DNA of 64,000 bases from Alphaproteobacteria bacterium (GTDB lineage: Bacteria > Pseudomonadota > Alphaproteobacteria > Rs-D84). The stretch is from assembly GCA_031549365.1 (NCBI GenBank), contig JAVBPX010000001.1, positions 1 through 64,000 of the forward strand. Direction: 5' to 3'. The position numbers and the translations under genes are program-made. The notes below the pieces were generated by a model that saw nothing but the letters and a program-made list of their open reading frames with translations, made no database searches and was not told where the DNA came from. Shown here piece by piece: positions 62,438 to 64,000 of this stretch (its first letter is position 1; each line of letters starts with the position of its first letter).

Positions 62438-63385
62438 TTATTTCAAACTCTCTACAAATGCACGGACATCATCAACATTGTTGATTGCGATTGCGGTTAT
62501 ACCCTCGGCAATGCGCGGAGTCAATCCAGTTAATACTTTGCCCGGCCCAACTTCGATTGTTTGTTCAATTCCCAATGCCGGCAATGATAAAACAGTTTCA
62601 CGCCAACGAACACCATTTGTAATTTGTTGAACCAACAAATCTTTGATTTCAATCGGATCCGATACCGGCACGGTTGTGCGGTTTGAAATCAATGGAACCA
62701 CCGGCGCTTTCAAATCAACTGATTCGAATGCATCCCTCATTTCATTTTGTGCAGGCACCATTAATCCCGAATGAGGAGGCACGGATAACGGCAATAACAT
62801 CGCACGTTTTGCACCCGTTTCTTTGGCCAATTCCATTGCACGCTCAATTGCTGGTTTTGATCCAGAAATAACAACCTGGCCCGGACCATTATCATTTGCG
62901 ACATCACAACAACCCAGCGCGGACGCAGTTTTGCAAACATCACTCACTTGTTCGATTGTTAAGCCCATAATCACAGCCATTGCACCCAAACCCTCGGGCA
63001 CAGCACGTTGCATCGCATCGCCACGCAAACGTAATAATTTTGCGGTGTCATGTAATGATAATGAACCCGCCGCACATAACGCGGAATATTCACCCAACGA
63101 ATGCCCTGCAACATATGGCGATAATTCGGATAATTTTTTACCAGACAATTCCAAAATCACACGCATTGTTGCGATTGACACAGACATAATTGCCGGCTGA
63201 ACATTTGATGTCAATGTCAAAGTTTCAATTGGTCCGTTAAAAATTAAATCTGATAATTTTTGGTTTAATGCGTCATCCACTTCCATAAATACTTGTTTTG
63301 CGACATCAAAATTGTCATATAAATCGCGTCCCATACCAACGACCTGGGATCCTTGACCTGGAAATACAAACATTGATTTTACCAT
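62438..63385 (-). CDS. fabD: Malonyl-CoA-ACP transacylase
   Basis: FPGQGSQ, GHSLGEY, EVGPGKVL. Confidence 0.97.
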   Translation of the reverse strand: MVKSMFVFPGQGSQVVGMGRDLYDNFDVAKQVFMEVDDALNQKLSDLIFNGPIETLTLTSNVQPAIMSVSIATMRVILELSGKKLSELSPYVAGHSLGEYSALCAAGSLSLHDTAKLLRLRGDAMQRAVPEGLGAMAVIMGLTIEQVSDVCKTASALGCCDVANDNGPGQVVISGSKPAIERAMELAKETGAKRAMLLPLSVPPHSGLMVPAQNEMRDAFESVDLKAPVVPLISNRTTVPVSDPIEIKDLLVQQITNGVRWRETVLSLPALGIEQTIEVGPGKVLTGLTPRIAEGITAIAINNVDDVRAFVESLK

Positions 63386-63449
63386 TTTGCGTCCTCTTGG
63401 CTACGTTGAATAACCATAGCAAACTTTTTTTTAAATGTCTATAAAATCT

Positions 63450-63878
63450 CTATCTTCCTGCAAAACCCAATTCACGCATTAACATTGCCTTTTCTTTCGG
63501 ACCATATAAATTTGATTTATATTTATCGGCAATTTCATGCCTTGGCGACCATTCCATTTTAAAACATTTATTAGGTTCCATGATTTTTAAATTTTCTGTA
63601 TTTTTTACATTTGCAACAAAATAATATCCCAACCAAACCATTCCTTTGGTCACAGAACGATCACACAACAATAAATGTAATTGTTTTTTATCAATCGTTA
63701 AATTGCATTCTTCCAAAACTTCACGAATGGCGGCTTCAATTGGTGTTTGATTTTGTTCAACCCGACCGCCTGGAAAATTACATCGGTCGCGGCCGCAATC
63801 AAAGGGATCTTTTTCATACATCAATAAATACTGATTGGATTGGTTTTTAATTAAAACTCGGACGTAACGATTTTGCAT
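63450..63878 (-). CDS. NUDIX hydrolase
   Basis: Nudix box GGRVEQNQTPIEAAIREVLEEC. Confidence 0.88.
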   Translation of the reverse strand: MQNRYVRVLIKNQSNQYLLMYEKDPFDCGRDRCNFPGGRVEQNQTPIEAAIREVLEECNLTIDKKQLHLLLCDRSVTKGMVWLGYYFVANVKNTENLKIMEPNKCFKMEWSPRHEIADKYKSNLYGPKEKAMLMRELGFAGR

Positions 63879-64000
63879 TGAACAACCCTCTGTTGTTGCC
63901 CTACACCCTCTTAACGAATATGCTATATGGTCGCCGCGAAAAAGTCCAGCTCAATTTTTTCCGCAGAATACCGCCGCTATACAAACGTATATACAACTGT

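Overview
64 kb of an AT-rich alphaproteobacterial chromosome. The ribosomal protein, RpoA, SecY and Fab sequences are alphaproteobacterial; the compact layout and many orphan secreted proteins suggest a reduced, host-associated lineage (inference). Bases 1-11396 are a tRNA-Arg(UCU)-targeted integrative element whose left end lies outside the window. It carries a P4-type tyrosine integrase, two AlpA/Xis-like HTH genes, a lambda Nu1-like small terminase, a lambda-like cos region (cosQ/cosN spacing plus a perfect 16-bp inverted repeat) and a split DUF6291-like gene. No capsid, portal, large terminase or tail genes are visible. Its cargo is a Fic gene, type I R-M, an unknown 2-TM gene and a lone Hachiman HamA-like nuclease, so it looks like a cos-type phage satellite carrying defence genes. 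The rest of the window holds tRNA-Pro, tRNA-Ser, pyrG, comEC, def-fmt-truA, rmuC, a cluster of secreted glycine-zipper/Cys proteins that look like split and fused versions of one module, xerC, a Ser-type sulfatase with its radical-SAM maturase, lpoB and OMP genes, the str-S10-spc-alpha ribosomal cluster, and mltG-fabF-acpP-fabG-fabD. All calls come from reading motifs by eye; no database searches were run.
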